Assembly (NCBI RefSeq): GCF_001194135.2
Contig: NC_068988.1
Location: forward strand, 79,173,677-79,217,961
DNA length: 44,285 nt
Origin: Octopus bimaculoides
Lineage: Eukaryota
Direction of reading: 5' to 3'
Shown here: in pieces, positions 1 through 13,014 of the stretch
Layout: the number at the start of each line of letters is the position of its first letter
Position numbering within the stretch: position 1 is the stretch's first letter
The notes under the pieces: model-generated
Database searches by the model: none
What the model saw: the letters and a program-made list of their open reading frames with translations, nothing else
What the model was told of the DNA's origin: nothing
Translations under genes and position numbers: made by a program

Positions 1-36
<36 letters not shown>

Positions 37-431
37 TCTTTCTCCCTCTCTCTCACACTCACTCTGAATTCAAATTCTTTTTTATCGAAGAAGTGTGCAT
101 GTGAATGCTAATGCAACACATTTGTTTCTTTGCTTTCATTTTGTGTTGCTTTTGTTTTTCACAAGGTAATCAATTAAATAATTTCAATGTGAAAGGGTTA
201 GTGACATAATTTAATAATTCAAAAATGTTAAAGTCACTTTAATTCTAGTTTTTAATAATACTATCTATTATGATCGTCAGAATGTTTTTACTGCAATCAC
301 TTGGAAAACTGCACAGACACTTAAAAACAACAATCGCTCAAAACAGTACATGCGTCATGAATTTAGTAAAGTCACACTTATATGGCTAGAACATTTTACA
401 TAAATGACAATTGCACGTAGCTGTAATACTG

Positions 432-573
432 TATGGTCAAATGGTTCAGAAGTTCACTTTGTAACCATGAAGTTTATGTTCGATCCCACTGAATAGTATC
501 TTATGCGAATGTTATTTTCTGTAGCTTCGGATCGATCCTTACTTTGTGAATGAAACTATACAGAAACCCGTCG
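432..573 (+). mobile_element. SINE family 2, decayed 5' part
   Basis: tggtcaaatgg A box, gttcgatccc B box, and 'aaacccgtcg' end. Confidence 0.45.
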
Positions 574-979
574 AATTCTGTGTAGCTATTATTCGAAAGG
601 TATAGCCTTGTCACCCTTGTACCATGCTGGTTCTGAGAATTTCATTGAAGACATACATGATTGTGCTCAGCCATTAACTCGTTAAATTAAGATGCAAATA
701 ATGCAGTTGGTATAGTTGTTGAATCTTCATTGTCAAATGACCGTTGATGCATTCTGTTTCTTTCATATACTAGAATATCTGGTATAGCGTTAACAATGAC
801 AGAAAATATTAATTTGCTGATATATCATTAACTCCTTACATAATTTTGATAACAATCTAGACAGAAATTGGTTTTTGCTTAGATTTTTGCATCTGAGGTT
901 GTGTTGTTTTTACCTTTCTCTCAACGGTCGTCTCAGTGATGGCACATCTGGACAAGTCTATGTTTTCATAAGTATATTT

Positions 980-1520
980 ATAGCTGGGAATATTGCAAAG
1001 CTTCAATCTGGATGGCGTCTAATCACTCAACACAGGACTCCCTGATATAAATCCATCTCCTTTTTGAAACCCAGCTTATTTGGTCTTTGCTATCTCTTTC
1101 ACCATCTCTTACCGCAGCTTCACTGATCTGTATAACCCATGCTCTTCTTCGGTGGTATTTTTACCTCCTCCGGCTTATTTTGGACAACTTATCTTGAACA
1201 AACTAACTTCAATCAATGAAAGAAAAGCCATTATGGCGTCAAGATTCACAAGTGACACATAATGTACTAAACAGTTTTAAGATACTTTCTGTCAACATGC
1301 CAAAGCTACTTAACTGAATGCAAGCCATTTCCTATTTCCAGTACAATTCTCCTCACATTCCTAAGATTGCACTCTATTATTAATAGATCCCCACTTCCTT
1401 GCTGTAGCAAATTTCCCGTTTACCAAATCTCTGGCATTAACAATAATTAGGGACAACCTCCATATCTTTTATTTCATATCAGCATGTATTATCATTCACA
1501 CGCTCTCGCATAGGTATCTC
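980..1520 (-). mobile_element. Highly decayed RTE-like RT fragment
   Basis: Frameshifted traces of AFID.., EAAVR.GE.SK and QG..LS motifs in the expected order. Confidence 0.35.
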
Positions 1521-2080
1521 ACCTCCTCTATCATTTGAACTAATTTATCACTGAATGTCGATTCTCTTTAACTTCCGATTTACTTTGTACATTCCCTGAT
1601 CAGTTGCATTGGTTGTTTTTTGAGCTTGCTGGTAAATTCAGAAACATTATTCAGAAATAGGGTAGCTTTGTTAACTTATGATAAACTCTATTTTATAACT
1701 AACATGAAGTGCTTCAGTATTTAGCACGACAAAACTTATCCCTTGTATTCAGTTCTGTTCTATATCATAGCAGCAGGAAATTTACAAACGCGCTAAATGT
1801 CAGGTCTTGACTAAGTAATTGGTGACATTTCAGTGTCTTTTAATTTGTGATGTTTATAAATCTATCTAACGTTGTTCGACTGATATGCAGTCTGTCTTCT
1901 TTAGCGTGTCATATAATATAAGGGATAAATATAATACATTTTAAAATTTAGTTGTTTGGATGTTATGCTTGTCTACAATTAATTGTTAGGTTTTATTGCA
2001 AAACTTGTTTGATGTACTATTATTGCAAATGACTATTTATAAGAAATATTTTCTAATAACTATTCATATCCATTTTACAG

Positions 2081-2216
2081 CCACACACCAACCATGTGGT
2101 TCGGTAGACAGTGAAGTGAACGGTCTACTCAAGGCTGGGGAGGGTGCCCGTGCACACGAAAGAATCATTTATTCAGAAGATGAAAAGATAAGTTTATCAC
2201 TGGAATTCAGTTCAAA
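2081..2216 (+). CDS. BMI1: PCGF (Bmi1/Psc-like) internal coding exon: RING-RAWUL linker and first RAWUL strand
   Basis: Acceptor ttttacag| and donor |gtaagt; phase 1 to phase 2. Translates (A)THQPCGSVDSEVNGLLKAGEGARAHERIIYSEDEKISLSLEFSS, matching BMI1 'DKRIITDDEIISLSIEFF'. Symbol denotes the PCGF2/4-Psc group, not strict 1:1 orthology. Confidence 0.9.
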
Positions 2217-2319
2217 GTAAGTCACGTAAAGTTTTGTTTTATACATTTACTTAAGAGAACAAAACTAATGCTGTTAGTAATCCACTCACTCAGATATATA
2301 TGCATGCATACATACTTAT

Positions 2320-2320
2320 A

Positions 2321-2406
<86 letters not shown>

Positions 2407-2521
2407 GTATGCATATATACATCTACATACTTATATTAAATATGTATGTATGTATATATATATACATATACATACTTATATAAATATATATATATATGTA
2501 TATATACATATATATACACAA

Positions 2522-2557
<36 letters not shown>

Positions 2558-2603
2558 GTATGTCTATATATATGTGTATGTATATATATAAATATATATA
2601 TAT
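2320..2603. repeat. Compound microsatellite (TA/TG/TATG/CA)
   Basis: Direct reading. Confidence 0.97.
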
Positions 2604-2625
2604 TACATACAAATTTAGAGGAATT

Positions 2626-2853
2626 ACCACCAAAGTGGACTCCTAATATGCTAAAGATAAACGTCAAATTCCCTTACTACAAAGAGAGAGTTCTCATGAA
2701 AAAATTTCACCAAAACGCCAGGATGTAAAAATGAGCAAGACAAATGAAAATTTCGTGTATTTTCATTTGTCTTGCTCATTTTTACATTCTCTCTCTTCGT
2801 GGTAAGGCGATTTGACGTCTATCTATAGCATATTAGGAGTTCACTTTGGTGGT
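2626..2853. repeat. Foldback/MITE-like palindromic element in a PCGF intron
   Basis: Perfect 29-bp inner stem (2723-2751 / 2759-2787, 7-nt loop) and ~65-bp outer stem (2626-2690 / 2788-2853) with about 7 mismatches. The left arm carries ~32 extra nt; the right end abuts an N gap. Confidence 0.9.
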
Positions 2854-2854
2854 C

Positions 2855-3422
2855 NNNNNNNNNNNNNNNNNNNNNNNNNNNNNNNNNNNNNNNNNNNNNN
2901 NNNNNNNNNNNNNNNNNNNNNNNNNNNNNNNNNNNNNNNNNNNNNNNNNNNNNNNNNNNNNNNNNNNNNNNNNNNNNNNNNNNNNNNNNNNNNNNNNNNN
3001 NNNNNNNNNNNNNNNNNNNNNNNNNNNNNNNNNNNNNNNNNNNNNNNNNNNNNNNNNNNNNNNNNNNNNNNNNNNNNNNNNNNNNNNNNNNNNNNNNNNN
3101 NNNNNNNNNNNNNNNNNNNNNNNNNNNNNNNNNNNNNNNNNNNNNNNNNNNNNNNNNNNNNNNNNNNNNNNNNNNNNNNNNNNNNNNNNNNNNNNNNNNN
3201 NNNNNNNNNNNNNNNNNNNNNNNNNNNNNNNNNNNNNNNNNNNNNNNNNNNNNNNNNNNNNNNNNNNNNNNNNNNNNNNNNNNNNNNNNNNNNNNNNNNN
3301 NNNNNNNNNNNNNNNNNNNNNNNNNNNNNNNNNNNNNNNNNNNNNNNNNNNNNNNNNNNNNNNNNNNNNNNNNNNNNNNNNNNNNNNNNNNNNNNNNNNN
3401 NNNNNNNNNNNNNNNNNNNNNN
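2855..3422. other. Assembly gap (N run)
   Basis: Other gaps: 7489-7589, 26499-27090, 31704-31774, 35618-35980, 38133-38648, 39727-39885. Confidence 1.
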
Positions 3423-3669
3423 TATATACATACATACATACATACATACATACATACATGTATATATACATACCTGCATGCATATAAATGGAATTTTGAA
3501 GATGATAAAGAAAAGTAGTACTAAATTGATTTTATAAACATGTGTTAAGATAATATGATATTTCTCAGTTCCAGAGCTCCGGCTCGTAACGTATAAATTA
3601 CCATTGCTTTCATTATTCCTTCAAACAATTACAACCCAGGGAAACAGAGTAAGACGCTGAACTTTCAAT

Positions 3670-3880
3670 TTTTTTCCCGGGCTTCTACCAAATTCGCGTT
3701 TTCAATTATCTTCATTGTCCATTCATCAAGGCTGCTCAGCCACATTATTTGTGATCTTCCTCTTTTGCCAGGAATGTTTCCTTTCAATGATCATATTCGC
3801 TAGAGTTATAGTGTTATTATGTTGTGTTATATGACCAAACTATTTCATTTTGCACCTTTTAACAATTGACAGAAGATTTT
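3670..3880 (-). mobile_element. RTE-clade LINE 3' end remnant
   Basis: Minus-strand 'LLSIVKRCKMK*FGHITQH..GNIPGKRGRSQIMWL..EWT' matches the RTE RT C-terminus. Confidence 0.6.
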
Positions 3881-3962
3881 CACGATTCGCCGTTTTTCAA
3901 TTTATTTTATAGAAGTGCCTATAATCACTGTAATAATATTAGTACTTGTTAAAGCAACTCAC

Positions 3963-4502
3963 CAATTCCATTTATCTGGAGATAGATCGAAGAACCGGTT
4001 ATGCAACGTCGGAAAAGCAGGTTTTGGTATTTGGTTATGGACCTTCATGTTCTGACTTAAAACCCTATCCAGCTCCGTTTTGTCTTTTGTCCATCCAAAA
4101 TCACTTAAATATATGCACCAGTCGATAAAATAATTATTGGGATCAATATAAACGGCTATACCCAAGAATGTGCTGCCCAACATTGCTCTGGTTAAGCGAA
4201 CGTAAAACAACATCAGTGACAGCGACGACGATGATGATGATATATTACAGTAACCAAATAAAAGTGGTAGTCAATTGCAAAACATATATATTTCCTACAT
4301 TAAGCTCAATATGATTATAGATAATGACAGACATTGTAATATTTTAACTATTGGCAGGAGGCAAAAAATCTCATACGTGAATTATTTACTTTGACATGAA
4401 AACACGTATTAGTACTTTGATGATGTCTTCCTGAATAAATCGAGGAACCAATGGAATTGCATCAAGAAAAAATAAGCTTTGCAAAGCTAATACTACCTCA
4501 AG
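3963..4502 (-). other. Two phase-compatible exon-like segments antisense to PCGF (4502-4390 and 4187-3963); nested gene or pseudogene fragment, unidentified
   Basis: tttttacag|113 nt|gtaaat followed by cttaaccag|225 nt|gtgagt; the joined frame is open. No homologue confidently recognised. Confidence 0.25.
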
Positions 4503-5339
4503 CTGTAAAAAGTAGAAAATATGAACCAATGTGAAAGTATTTACCTGCTCGTTCGATTCGCGAGAAACAGTAGTCATGAAAGTAATTTGAAGTCACTAGT
4601 GCAAGCAAGAAAGACTCTTGTCCTTTTAGAAGTGCAGTTATGAGTTGTTCTTGTATTGTAATAGCCAATAAAAGATAGGTAGAGGGGATCAATGTTAAAG
4701 TTACTTGTCTCCGTTATAATTATAATACAATGAATATTATATACCGAATTCTTTGGCTGGTTGTTGCTATTTTACTCTATCATCCACTGTTATCATAAAG
4801 AAAGAAAAAAAACAGGATATAGTCAACTCCTTCTTTGCTAAATTGTTCAACACCTTACCAATACTGCTATCGGTATAAAATGTGCATGTGAAAATATGTA
4901 CTGGAAGAAACCTCAGTATACAGATATGTACGAGAAATTGGTTAATTGAAATATATTTTTGTGCGGAAGGCAGGTTAAATGTTTAGGGAACAGCCCTTCA
5001 TCAAAGAGCTTCTGCGCGAAACGTTACATTCCTGTTCTTCACGATGGAAAAAAAATATGTACTCCACTCATTTTGCATTTACTATTTTCTGACGTAGATC
5101 ATTACTATGGCATTAGTCCTCTCTTAAAATTTACAGTTAGTGTCCAAATATATCGATGAAAGAAGGACGGAGTTCTTAGCTAAAACCCTTGATAATGTCA
5201 TCGTTATATGATTATAAAACATTTAAAAATTAATCAGTGTCCTCAATTTTCGTAGATTAACACGTAAAACTTAAGTAAAATATAAAAAAGATTTAAATCT
5301 GATATGCTGTTTTATCACAGAAAGATTAATTTCATTTAT

Positions 5340-5425
5340 TGAGGCGAAGGAGTTTAGTTGCTACTATCGACTCCAGTATTTGACAGACATTTAATTTTAT
5401 TGACCCCTGAAGATAAAAGGCATTG
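5340..5425 (-). mobile_element. SINE family 1 fragment
   Basis: atcgactccagt..ttttattgacccctgaagataaaaggc. Confidence 0.5.
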
Positions 5426-5560
5426 CAAAGTATGTTTTTTTTTTTCCGATGCTTAAACGATTCTGACAACTCCCCGCCTTCGAAGCTTATTTGCTGATCT
5501 TATTTGTTTGTTGCTTTATTCGAGCTCTATGTAAGTGGCTTCCTTTTTTTTGTTTTTTAG

Positions 5561-5606
5561 TGGCTGTCCACCTGATTGTTGTCATCATCAAGAAGAAAGT
5601 GACCGG
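5561..5606 (+). CDS. BMI1: PCGF 46-nt coding exon (RAWUL loop)
   Basis: Long T tract + tag| acceptor and |gtaagg donor; 46 nt, phase 2 to 0, exactly bridging the flanking exons. Encodes (N)[15 protein letters not shown]. Confidence 0.8.
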
Positions 5607-5707
5607 GTAAGGATTTTAAAGAATATTTCCTAAACTTTATACTCCTCGTTATTAGACTGGAAGTTAATTTTTGCTGTAAACATCCTTTATATATGAAACA
5701 CGGCATG

Positions 5708-5744
5708 CATATATACATACATACATAGATACATATATATATAT

Positions 5745-5803
<59 letters not shown>

Positions 5804-5840
5804 TACATATATATATATATATACATATATATATACATAC

Positions 5841-5912
<72 letters not shown>

Positions 5913-5927
5913 GCGTGAGTGTGTGTG
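5708..5927. repeat. Compound microsatellite (TA, GATA, TG)
   Basis: Direct reading. Confidence 0.97.
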
Positions 5928-6239
5928 TAAGTTGTTAAAATATATGAGAATTTTAATTCATGCAAACGATCGTTTCGTACAGATATATAAAAATCATGCA
6001 AATTCATGATTGAATTGAATTAGATTAAATGAATTAAATAAATTAATTAATTATGTATATCAATGTACTCTTCAGTGGAGGAAGTATAAGCAAAATTTAT
6101 AATGAACTTGAGAAAGTAAATAGCAGAAGAATAGAATCTAGGAGATTCATATGTATTCTTATGAGAAAGAGATGTGAGTCAAGTTAGATATTTACTATAA
6201 CTATGTATACGCATATGTGCACATATACATAAATAGATA

Positions 6240-7380
6240 TATACCATGATGAATGCAAAAAGTATCTTGGAATTGATGGAAATATTGCAATGAATAGATC
6301 CAGAGTGACAAGGGAATAGTGCAGCTGACTTCAAAACGTATGTAAGTCAGATCTGTTCACATTCAAACTCGATGAGCCATTTTATGCAGTCACAATGCTG
6401 GTACTAATGTTTGAAGCACTGCACTTGATACGTGAAGAGATCAGTAATTTGACCATTGATAATTCCTACATTAACGGTGGCACTGACACGATCTCTATTA
6501 ACCAGAAGGATTGGCGGTAGATACTTAATGTTAGTTCAAATGGTGCTTAAAAATCGCATCGCATTTACTAAACAGCATGCGCACTTAACAGTAACAATGA
6601 TAGCATCTTGATTATAGGTGAAGAACTCCAGTATAGATATATTCTGAGTATAGAGCTATCCAGTTGACTAGGGGATGATAGAAAATCCTACTTTTAACAA
6701 ACCCAATTAGACAGTGACTCTCATCAACAGAAAGTTATGCACGATTACATGTTCCAGAAACTAGATTGTACCAACATCATTGACAAATCTAGTAGTTATT
6801 CTGGGACCTACCATACATACATTACATTCCACCAGGGAGAATATGGCACTTGCTGTTCACGAGCAGGGAATAGCAACTAAATATTTGGTCAATAAAAGAG
6901 ATAAAGATACCTCCAAACCTCAACGCTCTGATAGAAAATTCTATTGGGGAATAGTAATACGGAAGATCGTCACCAGCTGCCCGTAGTTACTCTCAAGTCA
7001 CAGCCTCCTCATGGTGCATATAATTGTTACCAAGTTTACTTACTAAGCTAAACGCAAGATATATTGTCCTGGTAGTCATACAATAAGGCACAATGGAACC
7101 AGAGTGTGTCTACTGCTTTAAAAACAAGCAACACCAGTGAAACATTCCAATAAAAACAGCAATCCGGTGCAAAGGCAAGACAAATATTATTCTGTGGGAC
7201 GAGGAACAAAAGTAAATCACCGTTGTAGAGGTCAGCTGGTCAGTGAATGTGAATCTTTCACCTAAACCTCTGAGAACAACTATGCTAAACAGATGTGGAT
7301 CTTACAAGTTCTATATCTTGTATTCTGAAACAAATTTGCATAGAAGTCTGGAAATGCTTGTTGTCTCCAAAACGAATGAC
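6240..7380 (+). mobile_element. R4/Dong-like non-LTR retrotransposon 3' remnant
   Basis: Decayed 'KYLGI', 'ALAVHEQGIATKYL..KIVTSCP' (cf. AAQDQ..HIVSGCP zinc-knuckle region) and 'ILWD' motifs. Confidence 0.6.
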
Positions 7381-8164
7381 AGACTTTCATCTAACAAATT
7401 AGAGATACAATGAGTATTTACTAAACATTGCATCGATTCTTCATTCGATGTCCTTAGAGTGAGCACACACACACACACACACACACACNNNNNNNNNNNN
7501 NNNNNNNNNNNNNNNNNNNNNNNNNNNNNNNNNNNNNNNNNNNNNNNNNNNNNNNNNNNNNNNNNNNNNNNNNNNNNNNNNNNNNNNNNTATATATATAT
7601 ATATATATATATTTATGCTTACTCTAAAGAAATTATTCACGTATGTGCATATAACATGTACACACAAGCATACATGCATAAAGATTAATTGCACACACTC
7701 GCAAGCTAAGTGGCATATACGCCCAGTCCAATAATAAAAAGATGTCATCGCATACATTTTCGAATATGGAAATATCAACTCACAGATGTTTCACAAACCC
7801 TTAATACTGACCTAATTCTAACCCAAAAGTAGCCTCATGGTTTTGTTAGCGCTCTGTTCAAATTCTGCGGACAAATTAAATAGATCTCAAACAAAATTAA
7901 CATATTTAAAAACACGCAGACATTGACGCTTACAAACTTGCATACATACATGAAAATAAACTAACAACCATACATTCCAAATTAATGAGGACTTAATATT
8001 CTATAATACTCAAGGAAAATCTCTCGACTTCTATCAGTTTGTTGAAAGCAATATTGTTTAGTGGACAACGGCAATAGTTTCTGGCAAAACCATACGTTGA
8101 AATCTTTTATTCTTGTCTTGCTCTTGAATCGGTGATTTTCTCGTCAGATAGCACAATCACATAG

Positions 8165-8168
<4 letters not shown>

Positions 8169-8241
<73 letters not shown>

Positions 8242-8350
8242 CTATCTCTCTCTCTCTCTCCCACTCTCTCTCTCTTTCTTTCTTTCTCTCTCTCTCACTC
8301 TTTCACTCTCTCTCCCCCTCTTCCTATATTTCTCTTCGTTTCCCTCTCTC
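8169..8350. repeat. (CT)n microsatellite
   Basis: Direct reading; another (CT)n lies at 14154-14221. Confidence 0.97.
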
Positions 8351-8399
8351 TCTCACTTTTCCTCCTCCATGTGTTTTTCTGCCTCCCTCTCTAACATAC

Positions 8400-9300
8400 A
8401 TCCTATAAACTCTGAAGGGCAGATGAGTGGGCATTTTTTGACTCACTCATTTTCCCTCCAATACAGCAACAACTTATTTACCGTCATTTCCACCAACACC
8501 CACTTCTAAGAAGATTATACTTTTCTTCGTTTCTCCCTCACCTCCCGCACTCATACACTTGCAAGCTCTACACCTCAAACCAAATCTGCATAAACACCAG
8601 GGGTTGGGACCTTGAAAAACCAACGATTGAGGTTGTACCTAACCTGTTGCCTTCAACTGCACACAGACACAATCTTCATATATCATTAAAAAGATCTATC
8701 GCACTTACTCCTCCACCAACAAGCAACTCATACCTAACACCTTAATTCTAGGTCTCATCACCACCGAGGATTTCTTCTGGTGAATGGTAAAAGCTGTAAC
8801 TTTTTAGCCAGAAAATCCTTCCGCCTATAGCAACTAATAACACAAGTCAGATTTACAATAGAGTAATGTTTGCACATCTGGGTCTGTTTCCGTTACACAT
8901 TTCTCTTAGACTGCATATAAAGGAAAGGCAGTCATTGACATTAAGTCAACTGATTGGCATGAAGCGGATTACTAACTCCACTCATTTTCCCCATAGACAT
9001 GTTGTCTCCTCTTATTGTCTTTTCGATCTCTACCATAACGGTTTCTCATAGCTATCCAAGGCTTCTACTCACAAATATCGTCCCCACTGGTCTTTCCCCT
9101 TTATGTCCCAAGACCACGCTCTAAACATTGTAGCTTGATACTATGGCCCAGGACATCGACTCTGTGGAATTTTCTTCTTACATGGTTATTTTCTTTCTTT
9201 CTTCTTCCTGCAACCATCCAAGAGAAATGCTAACGGCATCAGTCTCATCAGTCTCATATAGCCTGATACGCCTATAGGCACGATGACTCCTCTCAGATCA
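8400..9300 (-). mobile_element. Decayed LINE-like remnant (possibly RTE endonuclease region)
   Basis: Higher-GC, coding-like stretch with weak 'RVDV', 'GV' motif traces; heavily disrupted. Confidence 0.3.
8528..8599 (+). repeat. 72-bp exact direct repeat, copy 1
   Basis: Identical to 16748-16819. Confidence 0.95.
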
Positions 9301-9362
9301 AACCAATAAAAATAATACAAACGTTCATATGTCCCCGCATGCATACGTGCCTATAACGATAG

Positions 9363-9398
<36 letters not shown>

Positions 9399-12224
9399 GC
9401 ATGCATGTATTCGTATACATATATATACAAATACATCACACAAATACATACATATACTTACATATATAGACACATAAATACATACATACCTATACACAAA
9501 TACATGGGCATAATTATATGCTTGTGTAGGCGGCCTTTGGTCATAAGAGTAAAATAACAATAGTAACAACAACCAGCTTTTTATTTCCAGTGAAAGCATG
9601 CTTTATCCTTGATTGATATTCTTCATTGAAATTAATGCCCTTGGAAAAGTTAAATCATGTCTTATTTGCCATGTGATGTACTGTCAAACTGCGTCGGACC
9701 GAATGCTTCTCAAAGTTAATAAATAATGTCTACGTTGCAGTTCCTTGCAGGACTACAGCCACTGTTCATGCTGGCATCCGCTCTTTAGGACAAGTGGCTG
9801 TGAGCTTTGTTCTGGATTCCCAACTGTTTGAAAAGATGTGTGCCATCCTAGTATTTGACTATTTCATCGAAGCCGAGAAATGATAGTAAAATTTATCTCG
9901 GTAGGCAATGGACACAGAATATAAAAAAACTGGTACAAATGATACATGTTATCCTTTGTCCAAAGGTTCTACCAACCAATCCACAGCTCTTTTTTTTTTT
10001 ACCTCTTCCCCTAAAATACAAATCCCAAGTCAAAATTGTTCCAGTAAAGGAGTTCAATTTCCTTAATAACATAGATTCATAAGTTTGTCAATCTCATTTT
10101 CCTTCATATTATGTGCTTTGTGTTATAAAATGTCAACATTCAAGATTTCATTTTCGATTTCGTTCATTTTTTTCGGAGAAATGTGTTTTTAGATATCTTG
10201 GCGTCATATTTGTTTTACCTTAGCATCTCACTCCCAAATGAGTGATTTACGTTTTCTTTTTAACGTAACTTCCCTAGTGAATGGTTTTAATTTATTTCAT
10301 TCGTATTCTTTTGTAATCAATCTTAAAATCTCTCCTAGCTCCGCAATAGCAAAAATACCTTTGGGCACATCATCATTTACATTACTTTTTAATTTCATTA
10401 TGTGTTCAATATAAAAGATATATTTAATATTTTAGTCTCACTATTTTTAAGTATAAATAGAATTGTCAGTCCTTTGTATTTTTAACGTGAAAATTTGGAG
10501 AATTTACCAGAGCACGTCTATTTATATTTTTAGTCCTATCTTTTGTTTATCTCAATATATTTCGTGAAATATAGGGAGGAAGCTTATAACTTGTAATGAT
10601 AATGTACTATTAGATGTTCTAGTACAAACCGCGAATAAAATTATATGATTAAGAGACGGAGGAGGTAAGAACTAAAAAGAGTAACTTAAAAATGAGTAAG
10701 CAAAAAAGGGAGGCTTGCTGTAAGAGTAGAACATATATGGTTTCACTGCTACACAATGGCCAGTAAGGTATGTTTTTATATGATAAATATTGAACTATCG
10801 TTATTTAAAGAAAATTATAGCAACAAGAGGAAGCAAGTTTCGATAAAGATAAAGAAGCGAGCTGTGGAATATCAACTTTGTGACTTGATTTCGATTTCGA
10901 ATAACTGAAAATAAAGTCACTAACAGCACATGTATTCTTAATACACTTGTATCACACACTTTCGTTCTCCTCAATTAGAAATTAGAAGTTTTACGTCTAA
11001 GAAGCATTTTGGAATCCATGTTGGTGCCGTCTCATTTTACGTGCAGCACTGAATATTCATCAGAATAACATGAATACTGCAACCCCCAAATCTGCCTTTC
11101 TCTTAAAGAGGCTTTTTTTCCTTTAAATCAAAATAAACTTTTTCTTTATCTGGAATTTTATTCCTGTTTGATTTGAATTTTAAATTGAATCGAACTCTAT
11201 CGTCGGTTTCATAGTATCATTTACTGAGTGCTCTTGATATTAATAATTACCATATCATTCAGTTGTTTCTTTTATTTAATTGAAACGAGTTGAGTTGCGG
11301 AATAAGAATCAATTTTCAATATCTATTTGCCACGATTTAACATTCTTTGTCTAGCAGTTACATAATCCAAATTACAAAACATACCACATTATATCGGATT
11401 CTCTTTTCTTTTTCTTCTTAACACTCGGGAAAACTTCAAAGGACTGTTGAGTTTTTATGTTCTTTGTTTTCAACACTAGTGAACCACTTTGTTAATCGAC
11501 ATATTGCAACGATTATTCTAGTATCATCTTAGGTTACTTGCTGAGAAGCATTAAAACTTTTTTTTTTTCTTTTCGATTTTCGAACAAGTAAAAATATCAT
11601 GAAATATCCGTGCGATTTAATCGTGAATAAGACAAATACTTTTCAAGTAGATGTGGTTCAATCAAATAAAATGGTTGGAATAAAGAAAACAATCAACAGT
11701 TACTAACGTATAATAATAGTTAAACAGTAAATCGATCGACTGAGATTTTGTCGTGTGAGCAGGAAATAAAATGTTGCGTTAACTACTGAATGGCAAAAAA
11801 TATACTTTCCTTTGGTATAATTTAGCCATGCTTCCATGTGTTAGTCGAACTTATCATGCCATTTCTGTCGTCATAACGGCAGCATCAAGGGATGGACTAG
11901 CTTTATATTTATCTACAAAAATGTTACAATAGTGAGGTTTTATAGTAGCTAACTAACCAATCGACTTAAAAGAAACACTTTTTATATTAAGTTCAGAATT
12001 TACTTACTATTCTTGAAATTTCCTTATTGGTAAAACTATGTTCGAAAGTTTCAGATCTGCAATCCATCAATATTGCCTTCACATTTCCCACAATCGCTCT
12101 AGAATTGACCTTTTCACTTTATCAATAATGTTCTGTCAATCGACACTGTTTCACTTACCTCAATTTTAAATGAAACGGCCATCAATCTTCCTTCTACAGT
12201 TCAATTTAACTGCCTTTACGTTGC

Positions 12225-12715
12225 TGGTGATTGCAAGATGTGTTCTCCAATGAGCGGGGTATTCGACGCATCGTCTCTTTACGTTCTGAGTGAAAATACT
12301 CTCATGGCTGAATTTGTCATTCATCTTTCGAGGGTCGATTGATTAAAGCACTAGTTAAGAACTGGAGTCATTATAATTAAATGTCCCTTTTCTCAAAAGC
12401 ATGTGGCTTGCATGAATGCTAGAAATCATCATCATCGTCGTCGTCATCATCATCATCATCGTCATCATCATCATCATTATCATCATCATCATCATTATCA
12501 ATGAATAAGAAAGCAGCGATATGCCATCAAAGTGACACAGGGGTAAAATATACAAAACCCAATATACCCATCATGACTACCCGTCTGATAAGGGTACACC
12601 TGGCACATGCATCACAACCATATGTGCGCAACGTGTTAATCTCAAGTGAAGATAGACAGCGCATGACCTCTCTCAATATTTCATATCTTGTGCCACTAGT
12701 AGAAAGGCCCCTTTA
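12225..12715. mobile_element. SINE cluster: decayed family 1 (+, 12225-12425), a different SINE-like 3' end (-, 12500-12665), family 1 3' end (+, 12667-12715)
   Basis: Alignable to the other family 1 copies; the pieces are separated by (ATC)n and (ATT/AGT)n tracts. Confidence 0.6.
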
Positions 12716-12721
12716 TTTTTA

Positions 12722-12751
12722 CTATTATTATTATTATTATTGTAGTAGTAT

Positions 12752-12789
<38 letters not shown>

Positions 12790-12790
12790 A

Positions 12791-12843
<53 letters not shown>
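12722..12843. repeat. (ATT)n grading into (AGT)n
   Basis: Direct reading. Confidence 0.97.
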
Positions 12844-13014
12844 CCACAAAACCAAAAGTTTTGAAGGAAGAGAACAGTGGATTATAGCAACATTAGAATT
12901 TGACTGGTACTTGTTTTGTAGATCCTGCACTCTCGCCTATCAGTAGTATTTTAATGTTGATTCATGATATAAGTATACGGTTCACATGTGTTTTAATAGC
13001 AATTTCTGACATAG

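Noticed and set aside
1-2080. Search for the upstream PCGF RING exons and the EMKRRRDFY exon
   Set aside because: No matching exon found; they presumably lie upstream of the window.
2222-3537. Many ORFs rich in YI/HT/CV dipeptides or X runs (also near 26119-27370, 31521-31989, 35353-36134, 37976-38780, 39561-40046)
   Set aside because: Translations of microsatellites and N gaps, not genes.
10614-10664. Donor-like gag|gtaaga in the long intron
   Set aside because: Candidate acceptors give in-frame stops in phase 0.
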